Assembly (NCBI GenBank): GCA_032718475.1
Contig: JAUCBJ010007914.1
Coordinates: 1 to 36,827 of the forward strand
Direction: 5' to 3'
Length of the DNA: 36,827 nucleotides
From: Nemertoderma westbladi
Lineage: Eukaryota; Animalia; Xenacoelomorpha
A program made the translations under genes and the position numbers. A model generated the notes under the pieces. The model had not been told where the DNA came from. It saw only the letters and a list, made by a program, of their open reading frames with translations, and did not search any database. Of this stretch, positions 1 through 11,300 are shown piece by piece (position 1 is the stretch's first letter; every line of letters starts with the position of its first letter).

Positions 1-679
1 TGTAGCGCACTTTTTTGGTTGATGCTATCTTCTTACCGGGAAGATCGCATGGGGGGGAGTGTTAGCTTATTCAATCCCGCTAACATCCCATAAAAGTTAA
101 GCCGATAAGCAATATTGGGGGCCACGAGATTGGGGTAATAACCAACTCGTGTCACCCCAACAAAATGGGAAGGTGAACCACACAATGAGGGTCAGGGGCC
201 AAACCCCTAACCCAGAGAGAACAGGTGGAGTGAAGGGGATCACTCCAAAGGCGCCAACAAGGGTATCAACCAATCAGAGGGGGGAAAGGCATCGATTGAG
301 TAGCAATAAGGCCACCGTGCAATATAACCAGTAACCTGTAATCATATCAGTTCAGTTATCTCAGTACTATATTGGTGCTAGTTAGGTTAGTTAGTTTAGC
401 TAGGGAAGGACCGGGACTTTAATTACCGTATCCCGCCTTCCGTATACGACAACACCATTTATATATCTTATATCCATATACCCGATTACATTATATACGA
501 CGAACGACACGAACTCCTTCACCTTTCACACGCACGGCGGGGACGAGTGAATTAAACAACCGGATAAATCGGGATCCTTCCTGGATCCCGTCACAGTCAA
601 TTGAAAGGACATGCCAGTTATAATTGCCCCTTTAATCGCGATTTAGAAAGCGTAGATGAGATGATTACCCTGCGCTACA
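1..679 (+). mobile_element. LTR (probably a solo LTR) of an LTR retrotransposon
   Basis: Begins TGTAGCGCA and ends TGCGCTACA (671-679): a 9-bp terminal inverted repeat with TG...CA ends. There is an AT-rich TATA-like stretch at ~458-480 and ATTAAA at ~551. The left TSD lies outside the window, so it cannot be checked. Confidence 0.7.
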
Positions 680-825
680 TCCGGTCTTGGGAAGCGAACG
701 CGGATTAACACTGTGAGTCCCGCCATCGCTATTACCCTGGACGCTCTTACGAGGGAGTTTACGCGTTCCATCCTTATCTATTCGCGTCTGTTGAACAAAA
801 AACACGCACACCGAGTTACGAACTA

Positions 826-1359
826 ATGAAGCGTGTTTGTGAGAGTATTTCCACCAAATTTGTTCGAAAATATCTCAGAAACGTCAATCCTAACGATATT
901 ACTTCATACCATTTGATCAATTTCATCCGTCAAGACCCTGAGTATGGCGATTTATTTATCAACTCGCACCCTGAGTTACAGGAAGTATCTCGACGGCCCT
1001 ACGAATATCGAGCCCGAGAACGCGAGCTGGAAAGAACCATTAAACCGAGGAAGTTTCTCACCACTCACGGTCCACCTACCGATATTGTCCAGACGACCCG
1101 TCAAGGACCCGTAGGGGCTGCTGTCCTAAGACGCACCCTAAAGGCCATTAGACCTCGCTCCACTGAAGTTGGTATCGATCAACCAGGTACCTCGACCGGC
1201 GGATACACCGATCGTAATCCTAAACCCTCTGATGCAATTGTATTGCACCCTTCACCCAGGAGTTATAGCCCTCCTAGTAAAGTGGCTCGCCCCAAAGAGA
1301 AAAGGACTCTTGCTAGCCTTAAAAAACTGCATAAACGCCGTCCTCGCAAGAAAGACTAA
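826..1359 (+). CDS. Accessory ORF (177 aa, probably N-terminally truncated) in the 3' internal region of an LTR retrotransposon; basic NLS-like C-terminus
   Basis: The frame is also open upstream to a stop at 706-708. The protein ends KKLHKRRPRKKD and is followed by ATTAAA (~1414), a PPT-like GGGAGCGG (1430-1437) and an LTR start. No recognisable domain. Confidence 0.5.
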   Translation: MKRVCESISTKFVRKYLRNVNPNDITSYHLINFIRQDPEYGDLFINSHPELQEVSRRPYEYRARERELERTIKPRKFLTTHGPPTDIVQTTRQGPVGAAVLRRTLKAIRPRSTEVGIDQPGTSTGGYTDRNPKPSDAIVLHPSPRSYSPPSKVARPKEKRTLASLKKLHKRRPRKKD

Positions 1360-1437
1360 CTGTTTAGAGTATTCTTAGATTTTAGAAACTGTGATTTTTT
1401 ATATTTTATAGAATTAAATACCATTTTCTGGGAGCGG

Positions 1438-3801
1438 TGTAAAGGCTTTTACGGGATTAGCTAGTCATTTTTTCCCCGCGAAGTACTCTTTAGATGTTTT
1501 GAAGGACATAAAAGTCGTTTCCTTACTGTACCGGTATTTTAGTGGACATAAAAAGCTATTTTTCTGTATGTGTACTTTGGCGGACACAACTAGCAATCCT
1601 ATGTCGCAATACGCCATAATACTCTCTACACAGTGTAGTTCAGAATACGACATCTATCAGCTGATTTGGTGTACTCGTGGAAGTTTCTTTGTTCAGGCCC
1701 ACTCTGTGCAATCACTCAACCAATCAGAGCGATTCTCTGGCTTTTTGTACAGAAACCTCCGAGAAATCGCACAATGCATTACGGTTTATGTTTACCTTTT
1801 TCCACAGCCAGAAGACCGGCTTTGGAATCTCTGTGTTTTCAGGCTTTAGCCCAACATTAGTAGGCTTAATTATAGAACGTATATCTGTTATCAGTACATA
1901 CCATCTTACTTACTTTCCAAACCAATCAAACTCACATAAACATTCATACCGTAACATTGTACTGCTATTTACTGTCGGTTATTCATTATATCAGTTGATG
2001 GAATATTATTATATTTGGAATAACGATAAATAATTACGAAACCCTCAATCTTTTGATATACTGAAGGTAAGAGAGACCGGTTACATATAACGATTGCGAC
2101 TTACATTAAAGTGGTTTTGAAGTTAATCTAATGCTATTTCATAGGCACTACATGTATCCATCGTTGTTCTCTTTATATGTGACTAAAATTAATGAAGGTC
2201 GGCAGATCGGTGTGCAGTATTGTGCAGTAGTGTGTATGATTGAGACTGATAACAAAGCATCTCCTAAAGAATGTGCCATATACGTGAATCTATAGCCATA
2301 CCGTTGTGTCTAGTTTAAGTCATAGCTCTGTTTATATAGATAGAGCGCCACGTCCTAAAGGAACTGTTAATATTTCCCGAAAGTGAATAATATTTGTATT
2401 TGCGCTTTTAAGACCTTTGACAGTTTAACCTGCCAAATTAGCATGTCTTTTAGATGATATATAGTCTTTAGCCTATGACGAGTATTTGATACACTACATT
2501 AGCCGAAGCCAGTCTATGCGCAATCATTCACCCGCTGGATATACCCGGGAGACTGAATTCGGAAGCTTAATGATTGATGGTGCAAGCCTACTGTATTATT
2601 CGACTGATCGTAATATATAATCTCTGACAAATATTATTCACTTTCGGGAAATATTAACAGTTCCTTTAGGACGTGGCGCTCTAAATATGTAAACAGAGTT
2701 ATGACTTAAACTAGACACAACGAAAAGGCTATAGATTCACGTATATGGCGCATTCTTTAGGAGATGCTTTGTTATCAGTTACAATCATACACAATGCTGC
2801 ACAATACTGCACACTAATCTGCCGACCTTCACTAAATTTAGTCACGTATAAAGAGAGCAACATACAATTTATGTCGGGCCTATGAAATAGCATTAGATTC
2901 ACTTCAAACCACTTAACATAGGTCGCAATCGTTTATCTGTAACCGGTCTCTCCAACCTTTAGTATATCAAGAAGGTTGGGTGTCTGACTATTGATCAGTA
3001 TTCCGATATAATATTTCATCAACGAATATAATGAATAACCGACAGCAAAAGCAGTAATGTTAAGTAAGATATGTATGATATGTTTAGTTAGTTGAGATAT
3101 GAATTGCATTGATAACAGATATACGTTCTATAATTAAGCCTACTAATGTAAGACTAAAGACTGAAACACGGAGGTGCCAAAAGCCGGTGTTCTTAGGCTC
3201 TGGGCAAAAACATAACACTGAATTCCTGAGTTTCTGTATCCACCTCCAACACAGAGACAAAAAACGCTCTGATTGGTCGACCGAACAACGAGAGAACAAA
3301 GAAACAAAGAAATGTCGACGTGGCAATATCAGCTGTTAGCCGTCGTCATGGTAGCGACACTGTTTTCAAGAGAATCTAGCTTATTGCGTCACGAAATTGC
3401 GGATTATGTCCTCTAAAGTACAAATACAGAAGAAATGGCTTTTATGTCCTCTAAAACACCAGTACAGCAAGGACACGGCCTTTTTATGCCTGGTAAACCA
3501 ACCACAGAGTACTTTACGGGGAAAATAACCGGCTAATTACGCAAAAGCTTTTACAATTTGTCAGAGATTATATATTACGATCAGTCGAATAATACAGTAG
3601 GTTTACACAGCAATAAGATTAAGCTTCCGAATCCAGTCTCCCGGGTATATCCAGCGGGTGAATGGTCGCGCACTAGGCTGGCTTCGGCTAATGTAGTGTT
3701 TATTTGTATCAAATACTTGTCATAGGCTAAAGTCGATTTATAATCTAAAAGACATCCAAATTTGGCAGGTTAAACTGTTAAAGGTCTTAAAAGCGCGAAC
3801 A
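1438..3801 (+). mobile_element. 3' LTR (~1.2 kb after removing the nested insert) of an LTR retrotransposon, likely BEL/Pao or Gypsy
   Basis: TGTAAAGG...GCGCGAACA ends, immediately preceded by the purine tract GGGAGCGG. Segments 1438-2396 + 3561-3801 align with the reverse complement of 2397-3555. Confidence 0.75.
2397..3555 (-). mobile_element. Solo LTR of the same family inserted in opposite orientation inside the LTR
   Basis: The minus strand reads TGTAAAAGCTTTTGC...AAAAGCGCAAATA (terminal CA mutated to TA). It is flanked by the 5-bp direct repeat ATTTG (2392-2396, 3556-3560) and is homologous to the host LTR along its length. Confidence 0.8.
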
Positions 3802-4384
3802 ACTACTACTACTAGGTCGAACGAACTCGGACAGTGGAAATGAGATCCATCCAGGCTTCCCGATTCTCCGTAGTTGTCGCAATTTCGTTTCTCCCAAGTT
3901 CAGTATCCCTTTCAAGTTGATCTATATATGTTAATGGCCGGTCGACCACGACTACGCTTTCCATGAGTTGGTTGCCAGAGAAGTAGATCGGGTATAACCT
4001 CGTCTTTACTTCGCCAGCAGTGCCCACTGAATCTTAATCTGCGTTCATGGAGGGTGGTTGATACAGGTGGTATTGTACCATAAAGCTCGGCGTTTGTCAT
4101 GTGTTGTCTCCAGCTGATGTTAGTAGTCTTGTGTAGCAACCATCAATTCGTTGTTCAAGTGATTTAGTCAGTGTCCAGGTCTCACCCCCGTATAAAAATA
4201 CACTTTCCACTGTGGCTCGAAAGAACTTAGTCTTCAGGTGCCTGGAGAGATCTGATTTCCAGATGGTATCCACTTTTGATAGAGCTACCCAAGCCTTTGC
4301 TTTCCTAACTTCTATGTCCTTTTTGCTACTCTCTATCCATGATCCAAGGTACTGGAAGTCATCGACCTTCCTTTGTTGATTATT
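3802..4384 (-). pseudogene. RTE-clade non-LTR retrotransposon, 3' end (frameshifted C-terminus) with (TAG)n tail
   Basis: Motifs FQYLGSWI, VESVFLYGGETWTLTK, RRLRFSGHCWR and RGRP are spread over three frames. The stop codon at 3812-3814 is the first unit of a TAGTAGTAG tail. Confidence 0.85.
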
Positions 4385-4861
4385 GAAGTTATGGTGATCC
4401 CAGGAGGATATCTTAATTTGAGACAAAATAAGATAAGTAGTGCGATTTGAAAGAACATAATTATTGTTTAAATCCGGAACGTTTCGTATATTACGTTATA
4501 CATCATCAGCCATAATACTGTAGGTACAAAATAACTATAATTATATGAAAAAACCTAAAATTAATGTAAAAGATAAGAGTAAACAAAATTCAAAATGTGA
4601 TAGGGTAGATAATTACGATAAATGTAAATTAGAATATTTTTACTAAGTATAATGAAGTAAATGCAGGATTACAGAGAAATTATAGAAAAAATTACAGTAC
4701 CGGTAGCAATCAAAGACTAAAGGCAGTAAACTAACTAGGTAGTGTGTTCATTACAGTAGATACATTAGAATTGTACTGTATGTAATAGTTATCATAATTA
4801 AAATAGATGTAGCGGGAATGAAGGTGTCTTGTTTGTTAAGTGATGGTCTTCGTTTCTGTAT
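4385..4861 (-). repeat. PLE 3' pseudo-LTR
   Basis: Near-identical direct repeat of 7244-7719 (offset ~2859). Confidence 0.92.
4474..4513 (-). ncRNA. Minimal type I hammerhead ribozyme (3' pLTR copy)
   Basis: Minus strand TGG-CTGATGA-T-GTATA-ACGTAA-TATAC-GAAA-CGTT-CCG: both conserved core boxes, stem II GTATA/TATAC, palindromic AACGTT stem III and a short stem I. This is the form typical of PLE pseudo-LTRs. Confidence 0.85.
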
Positions 4862-7317
4862 AATTAGACTTTCTTTAATTAGTAGATCGTAGTTGTTAGT
4901 GGCTGTACCTATAATATTAAAGTCTTGGTATTCGAATCGGTGGTCGAACTCAAGGGCATGTTCATGTATGGAGGAGTGTCTAGGAGTGGCTGTTGGCTTT
5001 CCTGTTCGGGGAGACTTCGCAAGGTGCTCAGAGAGTCTTACTTTAAAGTGGCGCTCAGATTTACCGATGTAGTCAGTATTACAGCTGGTGCACTTAAAGT
5101 GATATAAAGTAAGAGATCTCATCGCTTTGGGAAATCTGTCCTTGAAGGGATAATAATTAGCCAGTCGAGATGTGGGTCTAAATATAAATTTGAGTTCTAC
5201 TTGTGGAAATGTTCTAGAAAGTATTTTAAGACGCTGTTGAATTTGTGTTGACATCGTTCCAAGATACGGTATGATTAAATATACAGGTTTCTTTCCTACT
5301 GTAGGGACCCTAGGGAGTGGGGGGTTGGTTAGTTTGATAGTTATACGGTGGGCTATGGACCAGAAAAGGTTGCTAGGGAAACCATTAAGGGAGAGTATAT
5401 TATGTAGATTCATAATTTCAGTTTGAAATTGCCGCCAACTAGAGCAAATTGTGAATATTCTGAAAACTAGAGTAGCTATCAATGAGGCCTTAAATTTTTT
5501 CTGGTATAAAACTGTCGTAGCTAGTGTATAACCCAGTGAACGTAGGCTTACGGTAGACGGACGTACTAAACTTGTGGTTAATTTCCTTAGTTATCTCAAT
5601 GTCAAGGAAGGATAAGGAATTATTGCTCTCAAATTCTGCAGTGAATTCTATGTTCCTATGTTGACCATTGAGGTACTGTAGAAATTGTGTTGCGTGAGTG
5701 CGGTCACGAAAAATAATAAAACAATCATCTACATAGCGTCTGTAGAATATAGGTTTTGTGTTAGGGGGACAATTTTCAAGCCAGATTTTCTCATAGTAGC
5801 ATAAAAATGCATTTGCAAACGTTGGGCCAATTGGACTACCCATAGATACTCCGTCTATTTGTATGTATTTGTGATTATTAAAAATAAATTCTATATTTTT
5901 CGCTGCAAAGTCCAGTAATTGTTTGTACTGTCTCCTAGTGAGGCCGTCTACAGTTGTTTGGTCTTTGTACAGTTGGTTCAGTAAAATAACAATAGTTTCT
6001 TCTACAGGTATGTTGGTGAAAAGACTCTTGACGTCGAAGCTAACCAAATATCTAGTTGGCCCGACGTCAAGATTACTAATCTCTTGTACAAAAGAAAAAG
6101 TATCCTTAACAGTATAATCATTAATACTGTAGGGTAACAGTTTTGGGACAAGATACTTTGCTACATTATATTGCGGGGTACCAATGGCTGACAGTATTGG
6201 GCGTGTGGGGATTCCATCCTTATGGACTTTAGGGAGTCCATATAGAATTCCTGGGTGGGTACCTGTTGGTAAGAGAGAGTCATAATCCACTTGTGATATG
6301 TTCCAGGTTGGTTTAAGTTTCCTCAGAAGGGATTTGTAGCGATCTTCGGCTCTCAGTGCATCCAGGAACCAGTCATCAGGAGAACATTCTAGTGCCTTAA
6401 ACTTCGATTTGTCTGATAGTATAGTAAGTAATTTATCAATGTAGTCGGATTTATTCAGTATAACGACTCCACTCCCTTTGTCTGGCCGTATTACAACGAT
6501 TGTTTTATCAGTTGATGTGTTTTAGCGCAGTTCGTTCGAGTTTAGTTAAATTACGTTTTAGTTTCTTAGCATTATATCCATGGAATGAGGAGAGTGCCAC
6601 ATCCCTTAGTCGGTTTCTAACTAGCTCCTTGGAGTAGCCAGAATTATTACGTACGGGTAGATTCTTAAGCGAACGATACAGCTTCTCAAAGGGAACCAGG
6701 AAGTCTGCGTAGTCGAGTTTTTCGGGGACGATAGAATAGCGTAACCCTTTAGCCAGTAGAGATTTTTCCGAGTCGGAGAGTAGTCGAGAGGAGTAGTTGA
6801 AGATAACAGAGTCAGGATTTATCCGAGTTAGGGATTCCTCCCGTTGTAGATTAGCAAGTTTCTTAGAGTGTATGATAGTTTGTTGCTTAATACGTTTCTT
6901 GAGGAATTTTTCGTTCTCTCGACGTATAAATGCAGAATCCATTCCAGATAACTCTGCAAGTATATATCGGCGTTCCTGTTCTAGGCGTCGTTCGTGTCGG
7001 CCCATCGCTTTCCGTTTACTCGCTAATTCCGCTACGAGCAGACGTTGTTGGCAGGCTCGATACTCGGGAGACCCAAAACGTTGATTATCATTAGTTTTAA
7101 ACCTTAGAAAATGAGGAATCAAGTTCGAGTCGATGCATCGTTGAAGGAAGTCGACATCGAGTTTCGATTTCTCATACTTCCATTGAGTTTTCTCGTAGGC
7201 ACGGTAAGCCTGTTTAAGACTGGGATATCGCTTATCTAAAATCGAAGTTATGGTGATCCCAGGAGGATATCTTAATTTGAGACAAAATAAGATAAGTAGT
7301 GCGATTTGAAAGAACAT
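4798..7317 (-). pseudogene. PLE reverse transcriptase / GIY-YIG endonuclease ORF with three frameshifts (~6515, ~5495, ~4823)
   Basis: RT motifs PDKGSGVVI, LYGLPKVHK, SFDVKSLFTNIP, GVSMGSP and YRRYVDD; also TSVYRKPT; GIY-YIG motif LYHFKC..C..DYIGKSERHFKVRLSEH. The segment ~6512-6290 is in frame with the 6290-5490 ORF. Confidence 0.92.
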
Positions 7318-7719
7318 AATTATTGTTTAAATCCGGAACGTTTCGTATATTACGTTATACATCATCAGCCATAATACTGTAGGTACAAAATAACTATAAT
7401 TATATGAAAAAACCTAAAATTAATGTAAAAGATAAGAGTAAACAAAATTCAAAATGTGATAGGGTGGATAATTACGATAAATGTAAATTATAATATTTTT
7501 ACTAAGTATAATGAAGTAAATGCAGGATTACAGAGAAATTATAGAAAAAATTACAGTATCGGTAGCAATCAAAGACTAAAGGCAGTAAACTAACTAGGTA
7601 GTGTGTTCATTACAGTAGATACATTAGAATTGTACTGTATGTAATAGTTATCATAATTAAAATAGATATAGCGGGAATGAAGTGTCTTGTATGTTAAGTG
7701 ATGGTCTTCGTTTCTGTAT
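7244..7719 (-). repeat. PLE 5' pseudo-LTR
   Basis: Near-identical direct repeat of 4385-4861; contains the ORF ATG (7317). Confidence 0.92.
7333..7372 (-). ncRNA. Minimal type I hammerhead ribozyme (5' pLTR copy)
   Basis: Identical to 4474-4513; the predicted cleavage site lies ~20 nt upstream of the ORF ATG. Confidence 0.85.
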
Positions 7720-8313
7720 TCATTATTCATTTTCAGTCCAGCCAGCAGAGTTTGCTCTCTAAGTTTTTCCTTCAGTTTACGTTTGATTTCCTTTTCGGTT
7801 GTAGTATTCTTTCACTTGCCTTCAGTCTTATTACTGTATTATTTTCTGATTCTGTTCTATCATGCCCCGAGACCACAAGGGCTCCAGCTAGGAACCACTG
7901 TCCGGAGGGTTGGATTTCAACATTGACGGAGAGCGAGAAGTGAGTAAAAATAATTAAACACCGGTGCTGCAGTCAGTGCAATTATAAATTTCTGATAAAC
8001 TTTTAAACTGATCAAATTTGTTTGAACTTTATTCCGAACTTATAATGAAGTAAGAATTAATTATTTACATTACTTTCTGCTTTGTGTGACGCTATAGGGA
8101 ACCTACCTGGAGAAACAATATACAACCCAGTCAACCAATCAGGAGCTAGCATTCTCAGAACTTTGTGAATGTTTGTGTTGAATTGAAGTATTTGTAACCC
8201 ACTTAGTGTTTCTATACTGGGCAGGGGATAATACGTGGGGGTTCATTATGAACGTGGACGTAATATTTAGATTGTGTTATAGTTATTAATAATATATTTT
8301 ATATTCATTTCAG

Positions 8314-11300
8314 GAAATGGATTAATCAGATACTCTACAATGTGGACGGCAGTGTAGAGGAACCTCTATGTCCGTGGTACTACCCCCCAACCAAAAGTAC
8401 CGCCGTTGTTCCGCAATTTGATCACGTTAATATGCGGAAGCTCTACATCTGGGCCCCGATGCGGATGAGAAAGTTCCCCCTCAACTGTCCACAATGCCAA
8501 GGGAAACTGATAATGAAGGGTCTGTACAATCACCTCCGAGTCGTGATGGGAACCACAGAGTTCTTTTTAATGGCTGCCGATTACTACCAGTGCAGTAAGT
8601 TTCAGAGTCATATGTAATATAATAACTAAGTGTAGTTACTATGTACAGTAGCAACATCAATATGACTTCACCTGGAATAAACTGTAATAACATATGAAGA
8701 CTTAAAGCGCACAATGCCATATTCTGTTGATTGACAGGACGTGTAACAGGGGCCCCCTGATGCATAGCATAGCCTGTTACTTGACAGGTGGTAAGGAAAG
8801 CAAGGGATGTGGACAGTTTACTAAATGGGTAGCTGCCTACAACACTACTGTACAGTGGAGGGGGGGGGGGACGTTGACACTCAGTGGGTTTTAATTAATT
8901 GCTTGTCTTACACTATCAACAAAAATGTTAATTAAATCATGATATTTTTTTTAGGCAACAAGCGCCACTATACCGCAATTGCGTACAGCGAAGACGTGGT
9001 GTCGCAGTTGCCACTCCACATTCGATCAGAACTCGAGGTTCTTCTCACCTACAGGTAAATTATTTTATTATACTATAATGCATAATAATTATTTATACAA
9101 CATATTATATATTATATTATAGGTAATGTAATGGTATATTATTTAAAGGTAAATATAATATAATTTAATTATCTCAACTGTTTAATTTCAGGTATAGTTG
9201 CTCCAAGGAGGTCATGGACCTAATGCGTTCGAGATCTAGAGGTAACTCCACCAACGCGATCCGCAATACGCTCGTGCGCATGCACCAGCAGCAGCATAGC
9301 AGGAAGGTGTTGGTCTACCTTCAGCAGGTGAAACTCTACAAGACCAGTGCCACCTTCCTGCTGAAGCCCCAGGTCTGCGAACCGCCACCCGCATCCATTC
9401 CACCTTTCCCTGGGGCCAGCTGGCTGATGGCTGCTCACGTCCGTGACGTCTACGCCAGGCTGCCTTATCTGAAGGCAGCCATAACGTCGGTGACTGGTGA
9501 TGTCCTTAAGATGGACAGCACTCGAAAGATAGTGAAGAAACTGGCCGGCCAGTTTAGAGACACGGCCCAGTGGGCGACCAACGTTGGTAACGAGAACGGG
9601 GAGATTCTAATCACCGTCGTCACCGCCACAGAGACACTGGAGATGCTCCAGCCGATGGCCGATGGACTCATGGATCGGTATGAGGGTCTGCCGCCACCTG
9701 TGGCGCTGTACGTAGATCGTGGCTGTTGTGGCGACAGTGTGGGCCGCTTGTTCAACAGATGGCCCGACCTCACTGTCCGCCTCGACGTCTGGCATTGGAT
9801 GCGGCGCCTTGCCAGAGGCATCAGCCACGATACGCATCCGTTATACCGCACCTTCATGGCGGGTCTCTCCAAATGCGTGTTCCTTGTCGTGGAGGAGGAC
9901 TTCGCGACCTTGACAGAGGCGAAACGAGCGGAGTTGCGGAAATCGGGGGTGGAGGACGTGGAAACCCTATCGGTAGAGCGGTCCATCACTAAGGCTGAGG
10001 TGCAGCGCCACTGCCGCCGGATAGTTCGTGACCCTGTGGCGTTGAAGGGACGACTGGACGACCTCATTGCCTCATTAGCCACCGCCACCGATGCATCCGG
10101 AGTCCTTCTCTTCAGGAAAGAGATGGCAGACATTGTGGCCGAGCAATCGATCCACATTAAATGTCTCCAGGACCCGGACGGCTTAGACCTGTACGCTCAG
10201 ACGGGACAAATAAAGAAGGGTGGTGTTACACTTCCGGTTTACCGTTGCGCTCGAGGGTCAACTAGCCTGGAGAGCTTTCACAACCATCTGGCCGAGATGA
10301 TTCCAGGGTCCACCGCCAATGGGGTCAACTTTCAGGCTAACTTGATAGACGGTGATTATCTTTAGTATAATTAATTTTATATTCTTTATTCTTTATATTT
10401 TTATAATTCTTTAGTATATTTAATATTAAATATTTTTTAATTGCAATTCTTTAATTGCAATATTTTAATCTGCAATTTATATATTATTATGATGCAATGG
10501 GAAATACACATTATAACCAGTTATTTTTATTCATTATTCTCTATATCATTTGTGTTCTTTCATTTTAGGAATAGCGACCTGGAATAGAGACAGATCGCGG
10601 GCAGCGTTAAAGATAAGGACGTCTGCAATCCACGACGACGAATTAACGTTGGCCATCCATCAGACCCAGACGGATTTAGGTTACCAGACCTCTCTGGAAG
10701 GCCGCACCCTATCAACCCCGACGATGGAACTCATTGGAGTGGAGTATCTCCTCCGACAGACAGTGCGAGGGGAGCTCGAGGGGGAGGATAAGTTCCTTAA
10801 AGCCATCGACGAGGGCGCGGAGTTGGACTGTGTGGCTGAGGTGGAGCTCGAGGACGAGGGTGAGGAAGGAATGGAATGGTCTACACCCTTCCACGACGTC
10901 ATGCCGCCACAGCCAACGGTCCCTATGGCTACGCCGCCGCCGCAGCCACCATCCCCAACGGCTATGCCGCCGCCGCCGCAACCACCGTTCCCACAGGCTA
11001 CGCCGCCGCCACAACCACCGTCCCCAACGACTTTGCCGCCGCCACAGCCACCGTCCCCAACGGCTACGCCGCCGCCACAGCCACCGTCCCCAATGGCTAC
11101 GCTGCCGCCACAGCCACCGTCCCCAACGGCTACGCCGCCGCCACAGCCACCGTCCCCAATGGCTACGCCGCCGCCACAGCCACCGTCCCCAATGGCTACG
11201 CCGCCGCCACAGCCACCGACCCCAATGACTAGGCCGCCACCACCACCCCCACTGCCTTCCACGGTGACACCACCGGCACAACCATCTACTTCGCGGGACT

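Larger units (their letters stand above)
4385..7719 (-). mobile_element. Penelope-like retroelement (PLE), near full length, with direct pseudo-LTRs
   Basis: RT + GIY-YIG ORF bounded by ~476-bp direct repeats (4385-4861 and 7244-7719) that include the ORF end, 3' UTR and ORF start. This is the partial-tandem PLE architecture. Confidence 0.95.

Noticed and set aside
1499-2033. Short overlapping ORFs inside the LTR (also 3084-3339, 16763-17614, 24747-25607)
   Set aside because: They lie within LTRs and show no recognisable domains; they recur only because the LTRs are repeated.
1438-3801. DIRS/Crypton-type inverted or split terminal repeats, or one giant MITE
   Set aside because: A nested antisense solo LTR explains it better: TG..CA ends, a PPT and a 5-bp TSD. 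No tyrosine recombinase is present.
8731-8788. Tiny intronic hairpin (GTAACAGG/CCTGTTAC) between TTGACAGG direct repeats, containing CTGATG
   Set aside because: It is too short, the inverted repeat is not flush with the direct repeat, and there is no complete hammerhead core. It could be chance or a footprint.
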